61,395 nucleotides of DNA from a virus (IMGVR_UViG_3300020045_019627:1-61395); one strand, 5' to 3'. Positions 38,519-48,232 are shown, numbered from the stretch's first letter. Translations and numbers: made by a program. The notes: generated by a model from the letters alone, not told the origin.

Positions 38519-38724
38519 GTGTTGGTTACACAAGAAGAATGTTGAAAATTATTAGCTCTGCTGATAAACACATAGTTGAGCGAGAGTTTAATCTTTTCGC
38601 TAAAAAACATGATGTTGTTGAAGTGCAAGCGAGTTATGTAGAATCATCAAGCAATGAAGGAATCACACAAGAATATGTATTATTTGTATTTTATGATGAT
38701 ATAGTTGAGGAGGGGATGGTATGA
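38515..38724 (+). CDS. Hypothetical protein
   Basis: ATGA-coupled. Confidence 0.65.
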   Translation: MSVGYTRRMLKIISSADKHIVEREFNLFAKKHDVVEVQASYVESSSNEGITQEYVLFVFYDDIVEEGMV

Positions 38725-38906
38725 CAGATATAACAACACACATACACAAAAATGAGAATGCCGATTCAATAGAATTGGGAACACCTGCGAAGGGGGGAGC
38801 TATTAAGGTGTATTTAAATTTTGATGATCCTGTTGCCTGCAGAGAAAAGATTTTGAAGGCAATTGAGATGCGTAAATTCGGGCAAGCACACATAGAGGTT
38901 GTATGA
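38721..38906 (+). CDS. Small hypothetical protein
   Basis: DSIELGTPAKGGAIKVY; ATGA-coupled. Confidence 0.7.
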   Translation: MTDITTHIHKNENADSIELGTPAKGGAIKVYLNFDDPVACREKILKAIEMRKFGQAHIEVV

Positions 38907-39015
38907 TTTATTGCGAAGATTGTGGGCGACAACTCTATGAGTTTTGTGATTTGTGCTCGCAGAAACACACCATTAAACAAGCAAAGCTGCAACGTATAGC
39001 ACGAGGAGGAGACGT

Positions 39016-39264
39016 ATGGACAAAGCATTATTATTAGCATTAACTCTCATACTCATTGGTTCTGCAACTGCGTGGCCAATCAGTAACGAAGGACGAACAA
39101 CAACGGATTTAAAATATCCTGTGCATTGGATGCCAAATTATACTGTGTCTGTTTGCGAAGTTGCTGTGAACGCATATTCAACAAAAATGGTGGATGGCAT
39201 TGTTGGCAATAGATCAGACGGCACACAGATATGTTATGTTCCACGAAGGAAAAGGGGTAAATAG
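39016..39264 (+). CDS. Small secreted protein
   Basis: Signal peptide, Cys pair, GGAGG RBS. Confidence 0.7.
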   Translation: MDKALLLALTLILIGSATAWPISNEGRTTTDLKYPVHWMPNYTVSVCEVAVNAYSTKMVDGIVGNRSDGTQICYVPRRKRGK

Positions 39265-39277
39265 TTATAATCCTAAC

Positions 39278-39365
39278 CAACTATGGTGGATGGACTGGCT
39301 GCAGTCGTAAATCCGGGCATGCTTCGGGTTGTAGTCAAATAGTTGACAGCTCGGAAAGACAGGCA
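39278..39365 (+). ncRNA. Candidate structured RNA
   Basis: Intergenic nested stems (caactat/atagttg and others) followed by acagctcggaaagacaggc. Confidence 0.35.
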
Positions 39366-39667
39366 TAGGTGAATGAATGACGCAAGAAAATTATAAAGGG
39401 GAATGGAGGCAAGCAGTATTTGTTTATTGCATACTCCTCATTATTTTTATATGGGTTATCTGGGTGAGTTTCAAATGAGAACAAATGGATGGAAACGAAC
39501 AGCATTCAGTCCAGGATATTATCATTACTTTAAGACGTATCGTATTCGTCCGTTATGTAGTACAAAATCAATGTTTTGGGGCGATGATTTCCTACGTACA
39601 AAACCACGATATAGTCTTTGCAAGACGTGTACAAAAAAATTGTTAAGAACATAAGTTCGATTGATGA

Positions 39668-39913
39668 GTGATTCACATGAAAGATAGAAGAAACAAGTTG
39701 GAAGTGATTGCGAATAATTTAGACGTCATTAGTAAAAATATTCATCGTTATAATAATCACATCGAAGTGTTGAGAGTGGTGGAGAAAAAGCGAGAATTAT
39801 TGGAGGATGAATTCCTCCATATCCTGCAATTAGAAAGATTAACTGGCTACAGCGAGACTTATGCTCTCTATCATAATTGGTATAAGCAGTACAAAGGGGT
39901 AGAAGAACTATGA
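39668..39913 (+). CDS. Hypothetical protein, homologue of 3974-4210
   Basis: Identical last 29 aa. Confidence 0.8.
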   Translation: MIHMKDRRNKLEVIANNLDVISKNIHRYNNHIEVLRVVEKKRELLEDEFLHILQLERLTGYSETYALYHNWYKQYKGVEEL

Positions 39914-40074
39914 AGTCGGAGTTGAGTGATGTGATTGATAAATTGTATGGTATGAATGCTTATATTAGTGCTCATTTTGTGACTCGATTACATAAGCCCA
40001 CGTTTACGGATATGGATTCTATCAATAAGAACTTAGGGATAATTATCAAAGAACTAAGAGAACTGCAAAAATGA
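39910..40074 (+). CDS. Hypothetical protein (54 aa)
   Basis: Hand-translated; ATGA overlaps at both ends. Confidence 0.55.
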   Translation: MKSELSDVIDKLYGMNAYISAHFVTRLHKPTFTDMDSINKNLGIIIKELRELQK

Positions 40075-40181
40075 AGCTGCGAGACAGTGTGACGATTACC
40101 CCTTGGATATGTGCCTGTAATATTTCCAATCCAGAACTATTAGAACATTGCCGACGATGTGGTAGGAAAAAAACGACATGA
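40071..40181 (+). CDS. RanBP2-like Zn-finger microprotein
   Basis: WICACNISN...HCRRCG. Confidence 0.6.
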   Translation: MKLRDSVTITPWICACNISNPELLEHCRRCGRKKTT

Positions 40182-40351
40182 CAAGCAAGCAACAGAACGG
40201 TGTTGAGTTGGGTGCTTGGGGGGTTAATGCTGCTCAGGTTGTGAAGCGTCCACATTCGTGTCGTAAGTGTGGTAAGTCACGAGTTGAACATTTCGTTCAT
40301 CCGAGTGATGGTATTTGTCCTGGGTTACACTTCGGGAGATGGACCGAATGA
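40178..40351 (+). CDS. Zn-binding microprotein
   Basis: CRKCGKSRVEH...C; ATGA overlaps. Confidence 0.5.
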   Translation: MTSKQQNGVELGAWGVNAAQVVKRPHSCRKCGKSRVEHFVHPSDGICPGLHFGRWTE

Positions 40352-40521
40352 AGCCATTATCTGAGAAGAAGAAACCAGACTTTAAGCTCTTGTGGCTCAT
40401 CTTCAAAGTGTTATTATTTCCACTTGCTCCTGCTCTTATGGGTTACGGGATGTTCTGGTGGTACGAACAATCGTTCAATACAGACTTCCCTGTAGGATTC
40501 AGTATCATGGTTGGATGCTAA
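40348..40521 (+). CDS. Small membrane protein
   Basis: MKPLSEKK start; hydrophobic segment. Confidence 0.55.
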   Translation: MKPLSEKKKPDFKLLWLIFKVLLFPLAPALMGYGMFWWYEQSFNTDFPVGFSIMVGC

Positions 40522-40644
40522 ATTGCAGCAGTTGGAGGGTATTGCTTTGGCAAAAAATGAGAAGCCCTTTTACTACTGCATCGATTGTGATAGAAGTCAT
40601 TACTCTGAAACGAAGATAGGAATAAAACATAAGGAGTGGAAAGC

Positions 40645-40797
40645 ATGACAACCAAGCTCTTGTCTGATGAGTTGAAAGCAAAGATAGAGACTGCTTGTCA
40701 TACTGCTGGTGAACCTGATTGGGACGGTGAGAATTGGGTTGATATGCACTGGAAACAATTAGCTGAATACATCATAAGAGAGGTTGAAAAAGAATGA
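40645..40797 (+). CDS. 50-aa protein identical to 2519-2665 apart from the N-terminal MTT
   Basis: GGAG RBS; shared 146-bp block. Confidence 0.8.
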   Translation: MTTKLLSDELKAKIETACHTAGEPDWDGENWVDMHWKQLAEYIIREVEKE

Positions 40798-40799
40798 AG
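40654..40799 (+). repeat. 146-bp exact repeat, inverted relative to 2517-2662
   Basis: Base-by-base identity. Confidence 0.97.
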
Positions 40800-40858
40800 C
40801 CATTGTTTAAATATTTCTTTTCCACAAAGTATATATAGTTCACATACTTAACAACCTT

Positions 40859-41302
40859 ATGAAATTACACAACTCGACGGATATTGAAGATGACACTATT
40901 AGAGAAATTATTCGGTTTGTTCGACCTCCCAACATTAGCAACTTCGATGTGATGATAAAGAACTCCAAGTATGGAGGAGTAAGAGGAAGAGCCTATACAA
41001 AAGGAAGTAGCTATCATTCCACTGCATCACCATTCGTTATCGTTAGCGTGCAGAAAACTGAAATAAAGAAATTTCTCACGACATCAGGACACGGAGGATA
41101 CATAGCCTTCAAAATAAGGAGTCGCTTGGAAATGGTTATCTTTGTGATGGCTCACGAACTGCGTCATATGTGGCAAGCAAAAATTCCAAAAGGTTACCGT
41201 GTTTGGGGTGCAAAAGGCAAGTTCAGTGAGCGAGATGCCGACGCATACGCCATTAGGAAATTAAGAGAGTGGAGGAAGCATGAAACAAATTCTTGTAACT
41301 GA
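40859..41302 (+). CDS. Zincin-like metallopeptidase
   Basis: VMAHELRH and ERDADAYA; own TATA box at 40826-40837. Confidence 0.8.
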   Translation: MKLHNSTDIEDDTIREIIRFVRPPNISNFDVMIKNSKYGGVRGRAYTKGSSYHSTASPFVIVSVQKTEIKKFLTTSGHGGYIAFKIRSRLEMVIFVMAHELRHMWQAKIPKGYRVWGAKGKFSERDADAYAIRKLREWRKHETNSCN

Positions 41303-41393
41303 AGAGCAACATCAAAAACTTTGGGAACTACGAGTAAAGTTCAAGAAAAAATCTCTTGCGGAAGTTGTTGGGGTGCTCCTTGAAAACAACTAA
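41280..41393 (+). CDS. RHH-like microprotein (37 aa)
   Basis: MKQILVTEEQHQKLWELRVKFKKKSLAEVVGVLL; GGAGG RBS. Confidence 0.7.
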   Translation: MKQILVTEEQHQKLWELRVKFKKKSLAEVVGVLLENN

Positions 41394-41500
41394 GTCGATA
41401 TTTCCTCATCAAACGGAATATTTTGATCAGGAGAGAGTTTGCATTGACTGTCTTCATTGCAAAACAAAAGATTGCAAGATTTGCACGAGCAGGTGCTCAT

Positions 41501-41827
41501 GTGAATAACAAGCCATTATCTGATAAGGAGTTGGGACGTCAGGTTAGGTCTTTACAGTGGGCTGTCGGCTCTCTTATAGTATTGGGGCTTTTCTTGCTTA
41601 TCATTGTCTTGAAGTTGGTTTCCAAATGGCATGAGACGCAAGAAACGCATGAGACGCAAGAAACAATAGAGACTATTTCTGTCAGTGGTATTGAAGAAGC
41701 TCCTTATGAAACAAAGTCTTTCATCTGCACTTCAGGAGTTAGAGTTCAAGATCTTAGAGAGTCCTGTAAACCTTATAAATGTAGTCTTTGGTTTCATGGA
41801 GAAGGAGAATGCGCGGTGCTACAATGA
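41501..41827 (+). CDS. Membrane-anchored Cys-rich protein
   Basis: TM helix; 18-bp tandem duplication (HETQET x2); start uncertain. Confidence 0.6.
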   Translation: MNNKPLSDKELGRQVRSLQWAVGSLIVLGLFLLIIVLKLVSKWHETQETHETQETIETISVSGIEEAPYETKSFICTSGVRVQDLRESCKPYKCSLWFHGEGECAVLQ

Positions 41828-41949
41828 AGCCCATATTGCTCAACAAAAGTCCTGGCTACTGTGCCTATTGCAGCACACCTGTAGTTTTCGAATCGCAGCA
41901 AGGAAAACCCTTCTGCTACAACTGCGGAGTTGATTGCACACTCAAATAA
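41824..41949 (+). CDS. Zn-ribbon microprotein
   Basis: YCAYCSTP...FCYNCG. Confidence 0.6.
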   Translation: MKPILLNKSPGYCAYCSTPVVFESQQGKPFCYNCGVDCTLK

Positions 41950-41992
41950 TGGACTGATAGTTTAGCTATCGAGTGGGAGGGGATATGTATTG

Positions 41993-42053
41993 TCGTCGAT
42001 ATACCCCAAATAATAGGTAGGGGTCATTGTTTGCAAATAACGGAGGTCACAGT
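41993..42053 (+). promoter_or_regulatory. Conserved site upstream of resolvase (candidate res/operator)
   Basis: Homologous to 2267-2328. Confidence 0.6.
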
Positions 42054-42551
42054 TTGAGAATCGCATTATACGCAAGAGTCAGTAAAGCATTAGGTCAGAA
42101 TCCAGAAAATCAACTATTGGAACTGCGGAAGTGGGCGGTCAGTGCACAGCATGAAGTTATTGGCGAGTTTGTTGATGAAATCACAAGCAAAGATACCAGA
42201 CCAGAGAAAGAGCGCGTGTTGAGGAAGATGCGCCTTAATGAGGTTGATGGTGTTGCCTTTTGGTGTTTGGATAGGTGGGGTAGGACTGCTTCGGAGTTGA
42301 TCTTTGAGCTTGAGGAGTTTAGCCAGAACGGAAAAGCTTTGGTGAGCTTGAAGGAAGGAATTGATCTTAGTACTGCGGCTGGAAGGTTGATGGCGAATAT
42401 GTTGGCGATCATGGCGAACTTTGAAAGAGACAGGATTCGGGAAAGGACTCTTTTAGGTTTGGCCAGAGCTAAGGCGCAAGGTAAGAAACTGGGCAGACCC
42501 TTCAAAAATAAACCCCCCCTGCAAACCCTCGGGTTTCTGTCCTCGGTGTAA
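42054..42551 (+). CDS. Small serine recombinase (resolvase/invertase family)
   Basis: YARVSK, LDRWGR, FERDRIRERT, GKKLGRP; TTG start after GGAGG. Confidence 0.95.
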   Translation: MRIALYARVSKALGQNPENQLLELRKWAVSAQHEVIGEFVDEITSKDTRPEKERVLRKMRLNEVDGVAFWCLDRWGRTASELIFELEEFSQNGKALVSLKEGIDLSTAAGRLMANMLAIMANFERDRIRERTLLGLARAKAQGKKLGRPFKNKPPLQTLGFLSSV

Positions 42552-42662
42552 AACAAGACTTGATTATGGCAAGTGGAAGACGGAGATCAAATGAGAGCTG
42601 CCATTTATACTAGGGCTTGAGTTCCATGTAGAAAGTATTAAAAAACAAGAAAATAAAAATAG

Positions 42663-42854
42663 GTGATGTTTTATAAAAAGCATTTACCAAAAGAAAAACA
42701 GCGAGTATTTAATACGTTAGAAGATTCACTTCCTGAAGACTTCCTATCTTGGAATGAAGAACGACAACAAGCATTCCATGATTTTATAGAAGATAAAAGA
42801 CTTGATTTACGATATGAGAATATTTATTGTGTCTATCGAGAGGGGGAAGAATAA
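42663..42854 (+). CDS. Hypothetical protein
   Basis: ORF with upstream TATA-like box. Confidence 0.55.
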   Translation: MMFYKKHLPKEKQRVFNTLEDSLPEDFLSWNEERQQAFHDFIEDKRLDLRYENIYCVYREGEE

Positions 42855-43227
42855 CGTGCAATATAAACAAGTGAAACAGTATTCAAATATGCATGATATG
42901 TATCTTGAGAACCTCGTTAATAATCTTCAAAGTATTGATGAAAGCATTTCAAACGTAAAATGGATTATTAAAGATGGAAAATGGTTTGTTCCAAATACCA
43001 ACATACAAAGAAAATTTTGTGATCTCATACTCATTTATGATACATATGGTGTTCCAGTTGAACTCAAGGGCAGCTATGTGAAAAAACACAAAGCCATGGA
43101 ACAACTGCGCAGTGGGAAACAATTCATTCTTGAAGAACTCGCCCCATTAAAATTAACAGTACCTTATGCAAAATTCGTAGTATATCAAAGCAAAGGGTTC
43201 AACACCATTATCTATGAGGATCTGTGA
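42802..43227 (+). CDS. PD-(D/E)XK nuclease-like protein
   Basis: FCDLILI...VELKGS...AMEQL. Confidence 0.7.
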   Translation: MIYDMRIFIVSIERGKNNVQYKQVKQYSNMHDMYLENLVNNLQSIDESISNVKWIIKDGKWFVPNTNIQRKFCDLILIYDTYGVPVELKGSYVKKHKAMEQLRSGKQFILEELAPLKLTVPYAKFVVYQSKGFNTIIYEDL

Positions 43228-43439
43228 CGCTGCGAAGAAAACAAACAAAAATAGCCACCACTGATGAAGAAATACTCTCTATGCAAAAAGGATCCTCTCG
43301 TCATTGGTGTCCGAAAGGGTGTGGAAAAAGCGTCATATACATCCATTCTTTGTTCTCGCGTTGTATGCGGTGTAGTTATTCCCTCAAACTACCATTTAAG
43401 CGATGTCAAAGAAAGAAAAAACTCAATGATAAGATTTAA
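43224..43439 (+). CDS. Zn-finger protein
   Basis: WCPKGCGK...CMRC. Confidence 0.6.
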   Translation: MTLRRKQTKIATTDEEILSMQKGSSRHWCPKGCGKSVIYIHSLFSRCMRCSYSLKLPFKRCQRKKKLNDKI

Positions 43440-43486
43440 ATACTCCCTTCTTCAAAAACACATTTTTCTTTGAAGGATGGAGGAAG

Positions 43487-43687
43487 TTGATGTACGAAAG
43501 GATTATAGGGGATAGGGCAAATATTGTCTACAAACGAGGGGAACGTACTAGCTATGTCAAAGGTAAAGTACTTTCATACGACGAAAGCATAAAAACTCTC
43601 TGTATCCATGATGAGAAAGAAGACACTGAATTCTATATTAATGTCACAGAAATAATTGAACTTCGCATACTCAATGGTGATCCTTGA
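43487..43687 (+). CDS. Sm/LSm-like small protein
   Basis: VKGKVLSYDE...FYINVTEIIELR. Confidence 0.55.
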   Translation: MMYERIIGDRANIVYKRGERTSYVKGKVLSYDESIKTLCIHDEKEDTEFYINVTEIIELRILNGDP

Positions 43688-45795
43688 GCGAAGCAGTCAC
43701 ATTGCGAGAAGTGGTGGTCACAGAGGTCAAAAACCGTTTTGGGGGAAAAGAGTTTTGGCGAGAAATAGAACTGGGAGTTGCAGTACATTGTGCCAATATC
43801 CCTGAGATATTTCAAGAAGAAAAAAAACAAGATCTACTTGACGCATTAAGGAAACTTTACAACTTTCTTGTCTTTGCCCATCCTGCCATCACCGAACAAG
43901 ATGTTGCGTTTATTGAAGAATACATTAACCGCTTTGGCGAAGTAAAACAGATTAGTTTGTATGAGGAGAAAGAAAACAGTATTCCGCAGCAGCTCATTGA
44001 TGCGTATTCAGCAATCAGTCACATAAAAGAAGGAGTTGTAGGGATTCCAGAATTGTTGAATTATCATCAACTGAAAATACTAACCAACGGAGTTTGGAAA
44101 AAAACAGGAGATATAAAGTTCTTCATCAGCATGGAAACAACAGTTGGAGGTAAAATAACAGGGGAGTTCTACGATAATGTTGTGAACATTCCCCTTGCCT
44201 CAATGCTTGAAAGCATAAAAAAAGACACCGACACGGGAAAACCTTTACTACGACAAATAGGATTATTCGGGGAAAAAGTTGATACAAGAAACTTCTACAA
44301 AGTGCGTGATCTTGAGTTCCCCATGAGGGTGTATCGTTTCCTCTCAGACAAGCAAGAAGATTTCATTGTGTTATCTAAAGATCTCCTCGACGCAGGAGAA
44401 TATGTATTAAGTGGTATGGTGGTGCAAGTTGATGACAATAAAATACTCACTGAGAGCGCGAGACTACCCTCAAAACTGCCATTCTTTTTCATACAAAAAG
44501 CAAAGAATAGAATTATTCAATACAAATCTCATGCAGAATTCTTCGCACAAATGGATGTGATGCAAGTCACTGAGAAGAACACATTCAATTATCCTTTCAC
44601 TATTGTCGTGGGCGGTAAAAACTATCTTATGAAGCAACCGGAATGGTTCAAATGGTTGATGTGGTCATGGCTTACCCATCACCCGTCAGGCATCATTGCA
44701 GTGTACCCATTACATATTCTCATAACAGGTATTAAACACACAGGGAAATCAGTCTTATTGAACTGTCTTCATGCGAGAAGCAAAGAAGTGAACAGCGTCT
44801 TCAGTGGTGCGAATAGTACTTTGAAGAGCCTTGTTCCTAGTTTCTCACAAAAACCACCGAAACCTGGTTATCTCGTCGAAGCAAATCGTTTTGCATTTTG
44901 TGATGAGTTTCTACGTTGCGTGTTATCTTCCTCTCAATCATCAATGACAGATGATCGACGAGAAGAGCGCATCGCAATGATGAATGATTTACTTGAACAT
45001 CAAAAGCGTGAAATGGGGAGTGGTGTGGCGAAAATACGTCCGAATACAACTGCGAGAGTGTTGGCAGCAACCAATCCTGTGCGTGATACATATACTATGG
45101 AGGATTTGTTGCGCACCAGTGATGAGAGTTTCTTGAGTCGATGGCTCGTGTACTATCAAAACGAAGACAGCGACCATGTGAAGATCATCAGAAGAAGTAA
45201 AGATAAGAAACTTGAAGAATATAAATGGAATGCTGAGTTGAACACTTGGGTGAGTATTTTCGACTACTTGCAGAGTTTTCCGGCAAAATGGAATGATGAG
45301 AAAGTGGCAGAAATACAAGAGGAAGTGATCCCTGTATTAAGTACTGAACTACATCGCCACTATGATGCTAGGCACTCACACCACATTGATTGTGTGATGG
45401 ATGGCATCATTAAAACAAGATGTCTTTTTGAACGTGATGAGACATTCACTGCTCAACCGCAAGATTATGAACGGTTACGAGATGTGTGGTGCAAAGTAAT
45501 AACTTCTTGGATTGATGTTAATAACATAAAAAAAGCACCTGTTGAGCGTCGCATCCATTATCTTCCTGAGTTCTGTCAGTGGTTATTCAAGCAGCTCACG
45601 GAGGAAAAGAGAATGTTGGAAGTGGGAGAGTTCTATCGCAAAGTGGAACTCCACATTCGTCGTGATGAATTTTATCGCGGTATGGTAATATTAAAAGAAC
45701 AAGGATTGGTATTAGAAAGTGGTATGCAGATTTATCCATTTTATTTTGATAAGAAGAAAAAGGGGGAGCACGAGGAGAGTCTTAACAGTGGGTGA
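43684..45795 (+). CDS. Divergent MCM-family replicative helicase
   Basis: HILITGIKHTGKS, FCDEF, VLAATNP, arginine finger FLSRW. Confidence 0.8.
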   Translation: MSEAVTLREVVVTEVKNRFGGKEFWREIELGVAVHCANIPEIFQEEKKQDLLDALRKLYNFLVFAHPAITEQDVAFIEEYINRFGEVKQISLYEEKENSIPQQLIDAYSAISHIKEGVVGIPELLNYHQLKILTNGVWKKTGDIKFFISMETTVGGKITGEFYDNVVNIPLASMLESIKKDTDTGKPLLRQIGLFGEKVDTRNFYKVRDLEFPMRVYRFLSDKQEDFIVLSKDLLDAGEYVLSGMVVQVDDNKILTESARLPSKLPFFFIQKAKNRIIQYKSHAEFFAQMDVMQVTEKNTFNYPFTIVVGGKNYLMKQPEWFKWLMWSWLTHHPSGIIAVYPLHILITGIKHTGKSVLLNCLHARSKEVNSVFSGANSTLKSLVPSFSQKPPKPGYLVEANRFAFCDEFLRCVLSSSQSSMTDDRREERIAMMNDLLEHQKREMGSGVAKIRPNTTARVLAATNPVRDTYTMEDLLRTSDESFLSRWLVYYQNEDSDHVKIIRRSKDKKLEEYKWNAELNTWVSIFDYLQSFPAKWNDEKVAEIQEEVIPVLSTELHRHYDARHSHHIDCVMDGIIKTRCLFERDETFTAQPQDYERLRDVWCKVITSWIDVNNIKKAPVERRIHYLPEFCQWLFKQLTEEKRMLEVGEFYRKVELHIRRDEFYRGMVILKEQGLVLESGMQIYPFYFDKKKKGEHEESLNSG

Positions 45796-45798
45796 GTT

Positions 45799-46167
45799 AT
45801 GAACAAACAACGTGAGAATGGTCAAGCTGCAGAAGACTATGTGAGGAATTTCTTCAAAGCAAGAGAAAGTAGTTATTCAGAATATGATCTCGAAACAAAG
45901 AACTATCTCATTGAAGTAAAGAGTTGCGACGCATTTACACGATCAGGGAAAAGAAAAGGTTGGCAAATTGGGAGATTTGCAATTAACAAACAAAATCATC
46001 TCGCATTAAAACGGGTGAGTGAAGACCACAATAAAAAAGCAATCTACATATTTGTGGTTAGAGTGGGAAAATGCAATTTATTGAAAAGATGTTCTTGGGA
46101 AGATGTTCATCTCCCCCCTATGAAAACGCATTGCCACATTAGTTGGAAGAAATTATGGGGTGGATGA
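45799..46167 (+). CDS. PD-(D/E)XK nuclease (Holliday-junction resolvase-like)
   Basis: GQAAE..YDL..IEVKS. Confidence 0.75.
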   Translation: MNKQRENGQAAEDYVRNFFKARESSYSEYDLETKNYLIEVKSCDAFTRSGKRKGWQIGRFAINKQNHLALKRVSEDHNKKAIYIFVVRVGKCNLLKRCSWEDVHLPPMKTHCHISWKKLWGG

Positions 46168-47312
46168 TGTCGTTCTTCGCAACAAAAGAAAAAGAATACC
46201 GATTATGGGATTTTCTTCACGGCAGAACACTCGAGGACGACCAAATAGGACTCAAACGATACCATCGGCTCTTTGAGTTGAATATGCTCTCAGAAAATGG
46301 ACTTGAACTTTCTTGCCATGATCCTGAAACAAATAAATTCACTCCTTGGAAGGGGTTTTATCTTAATATGAATATGACTGAGTTCATTACTGCGGTTGAT
46401 ATTCATCGTAATTTACTTCACAATGAGGTGCTTATAGAAAGCGATTATCCAGAATATGAGGAAAACGCTAAAGCAATAAAAGTTATTGGAGCAATACTTG
46501 AAGAGAAAGGATTTATTCCACATTATTATTACAGTGGAGGAAAAAGCATCCACACACATCTCTGGCTTGATTGGGAGGTGTTTCTCACAATTCCACAACA
46601 TTTGCAAGATGATATTTTCCATCTTTTCTCATCGAAAAACGTATTCAGGAAGAAATTTATTGAGTGGTTGCGAGAAAAGTGCGTGAACTGCTGGGATCTC
46701 AAAATCTACAAATTCGATAAACAATTAGTGAAAAGCAGACATCTCATTAGAAGTGAATTAAGCAGAAATAAAAGAGGATTTAAAACCTTTCTTGGGTACA
46801 AACAAGAGGCAATCAGTAACATTCCAATGATTTTCAATGAAGACAACAAATTCCAACCAATACTCGGTGAAATGCGTCTCAGTAGGCCCCCAAACTTCAC
46901 AATCATTGTTGAAGAGTTTCTGCGATCAGCTTTCAATACTTCGAAAAAGACACAACGGCAAAAGAATGCTCACCTTGGGGCTTGGTTAAATCAAGGGGAA
47001 AAAACAGCAACATTACGACCTTGTGTTCAATTCATACTTTCAGACGAGTTTAAACAAGCAGGAGATGGCCACCAAAGAGCTGCGTTTATCCTTGTGAATG
47101 AATTATCGAAATTAAATGATGAAAATACTACATTATCTATGCTTGGAGAATGGAATGCGAAGCTTAGTACTCCTTTGCTGCAAGAGAAACTGACACACCG
47201 CATAAGCAATAACAACACCTCCTATACACTGTCCTGTTCATATATTCACGAGTTCCTGCAAGACATAGGCTTGTATGATGAGTCTAAAATTAAGTGCGCA
47301 AGATTTAAATAA
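46143..47312 (+). CDS. Archaeo-eukaryotic primase with fused C-terminal PriX/PriL-like domain
   Basis: IESD, YYSGGKSIHTH, LIRSE; C-terminal LRPCVQ...GHQRAAFIL...YTLSC. Confidence 0.8.
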   Translation: MEEIMGWMMSFFATKEKEYRLWDFLHGRTLEDDQIGLKRYHRLFELNMLSENGLELSCHDPETNKFTPWKGFYLNMNMTEFITAVDIHRNLLHNEVLIESDYPEYEENAKAIKVIGAILEEKGFIPHYYYSGGKSIHTHLWLDWEVFLTIPQHLQDDIFHLFSSKNVFRKKFIEWLREKCVNCWDLKIYKFDKQLVKSRHLIRSELSRNKRGFKTFLGYKQEAISNIPMIFNEDNKFQPILGEMRLSRPPNFTIIVEEFLRSAFNTSKKTQRQKNAHLGAWLNQGEKTATLRPCVQFILSDEFKQAGDGHQRAAFILVNELSKLNDENTTLSMLGEWNAKLSTPLLQEKLTHRISNNNTSYTLSCSYIHEFLQDIGLYDESKIKCARFK

Positions 47313-47467
47313 TAGGATATACTTTATGTCTTTGGTCGATGGGAGAAAACCCAACTACGAGACACCACCTCATACACGGTGGCGAAAATGACCAATTCGC
47401 CACCACCTTATAGTCCTTTATTCGCCAACTACTAGAAAAGGCACAACTCAGGACGGAGTGTACAACA

Positions 47468-48232
47468 ATGGCAATACTACAGCCAACGGAAGCAAACACA
47501 GCTTTTGAAAAACCACCACACATTAGAAAGGGTTATTATGTTGGTCAGTTAACAGAAGCAAAACAACGAGTCGATACTGAAGGCAATGCCCACATAGGTA
47601 AGTTCGGCAAACAAATGATCCTCTTCTTTGCAATACATAAGATCGACGAAAGCAATGGTAAAGAAACTATTGGTCAACAAGTTACCTATGAGCCACAATC
47701 AAACATCGTGAAAGATGTCATCATACCTGCATTTGTCTATACCGAGTACAAAAACCAAGATGGGAGTTATCAATCAGCAATAAAGCCAGGAACGAAACCA
47801 ACAGCAACATTTGAAGCATTGGGTTGGAAATTTGATGCGAAGAGTGTTCTTGATACAGATACACTTATCGGGAATTGGGCTGAAATCAACATAGATGACT
47901 ATGAAGCAGAATACACAAGACGTGATGGGAGTAAAGAAAAACAGATCCGTAGCGTCATTAAGGAAGTGAAACCATTCAAAGGAACAATCCCTGCAGCCTC
48001 GAATAAGATGAGCACCCACCACACAGGTGTGAAGATAGAAAAAGAGCTCAAACATGAACAAATCAATGTGAAAGAAGAGATCATTGGTGATGATTGGATG
48101 TCAAAGATGACTGAAGATGAGAAAGCAAATTACCAATCAATTCTCGCTGTGCAAAAACAAGGAGTTATCAGCCAAATTGCAGTCGATGAGTTTCTTAAAA
48201 ACGTAAAGGAGCGTGTTTTCCGTGGCAAATAA
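47468..48232 (+). CDS. Putative ssDNA-binding protein
   Basis: OB-like pattern (KGYYVGQL...LIGNWAEINI); follows primase. Confidence 0.55.
   Translation: MAILQPTEANTAFEKPPHIRKGYYVGQLTEAKQRVDTEGNAHIGKFGKQMILFFAIHKIDESNGKETIGQQVTYEPQSNIVKDVIIPAFVYTEYKNQDGSYQSAIKPGTKPTATFEALGWKFDAKSVLDTDTLIGNWAEINIDDYEAEYTRRDGSKEKQIRSVIKEVKPFKGTIPAASNKMSTHHTGVKIEKELKHEQINVKEEIIGDDWMSKMTEDEKANYQSILAVQKQGVISQIAVDEFLKNVKERVFRGK

Noticed and set aside
47332-47395. Hammerhead ribozyme
   Set aside because: Topology is similar, but the core reads CUACGAG rather than CUGANGA and there is no proper UH cleavage site
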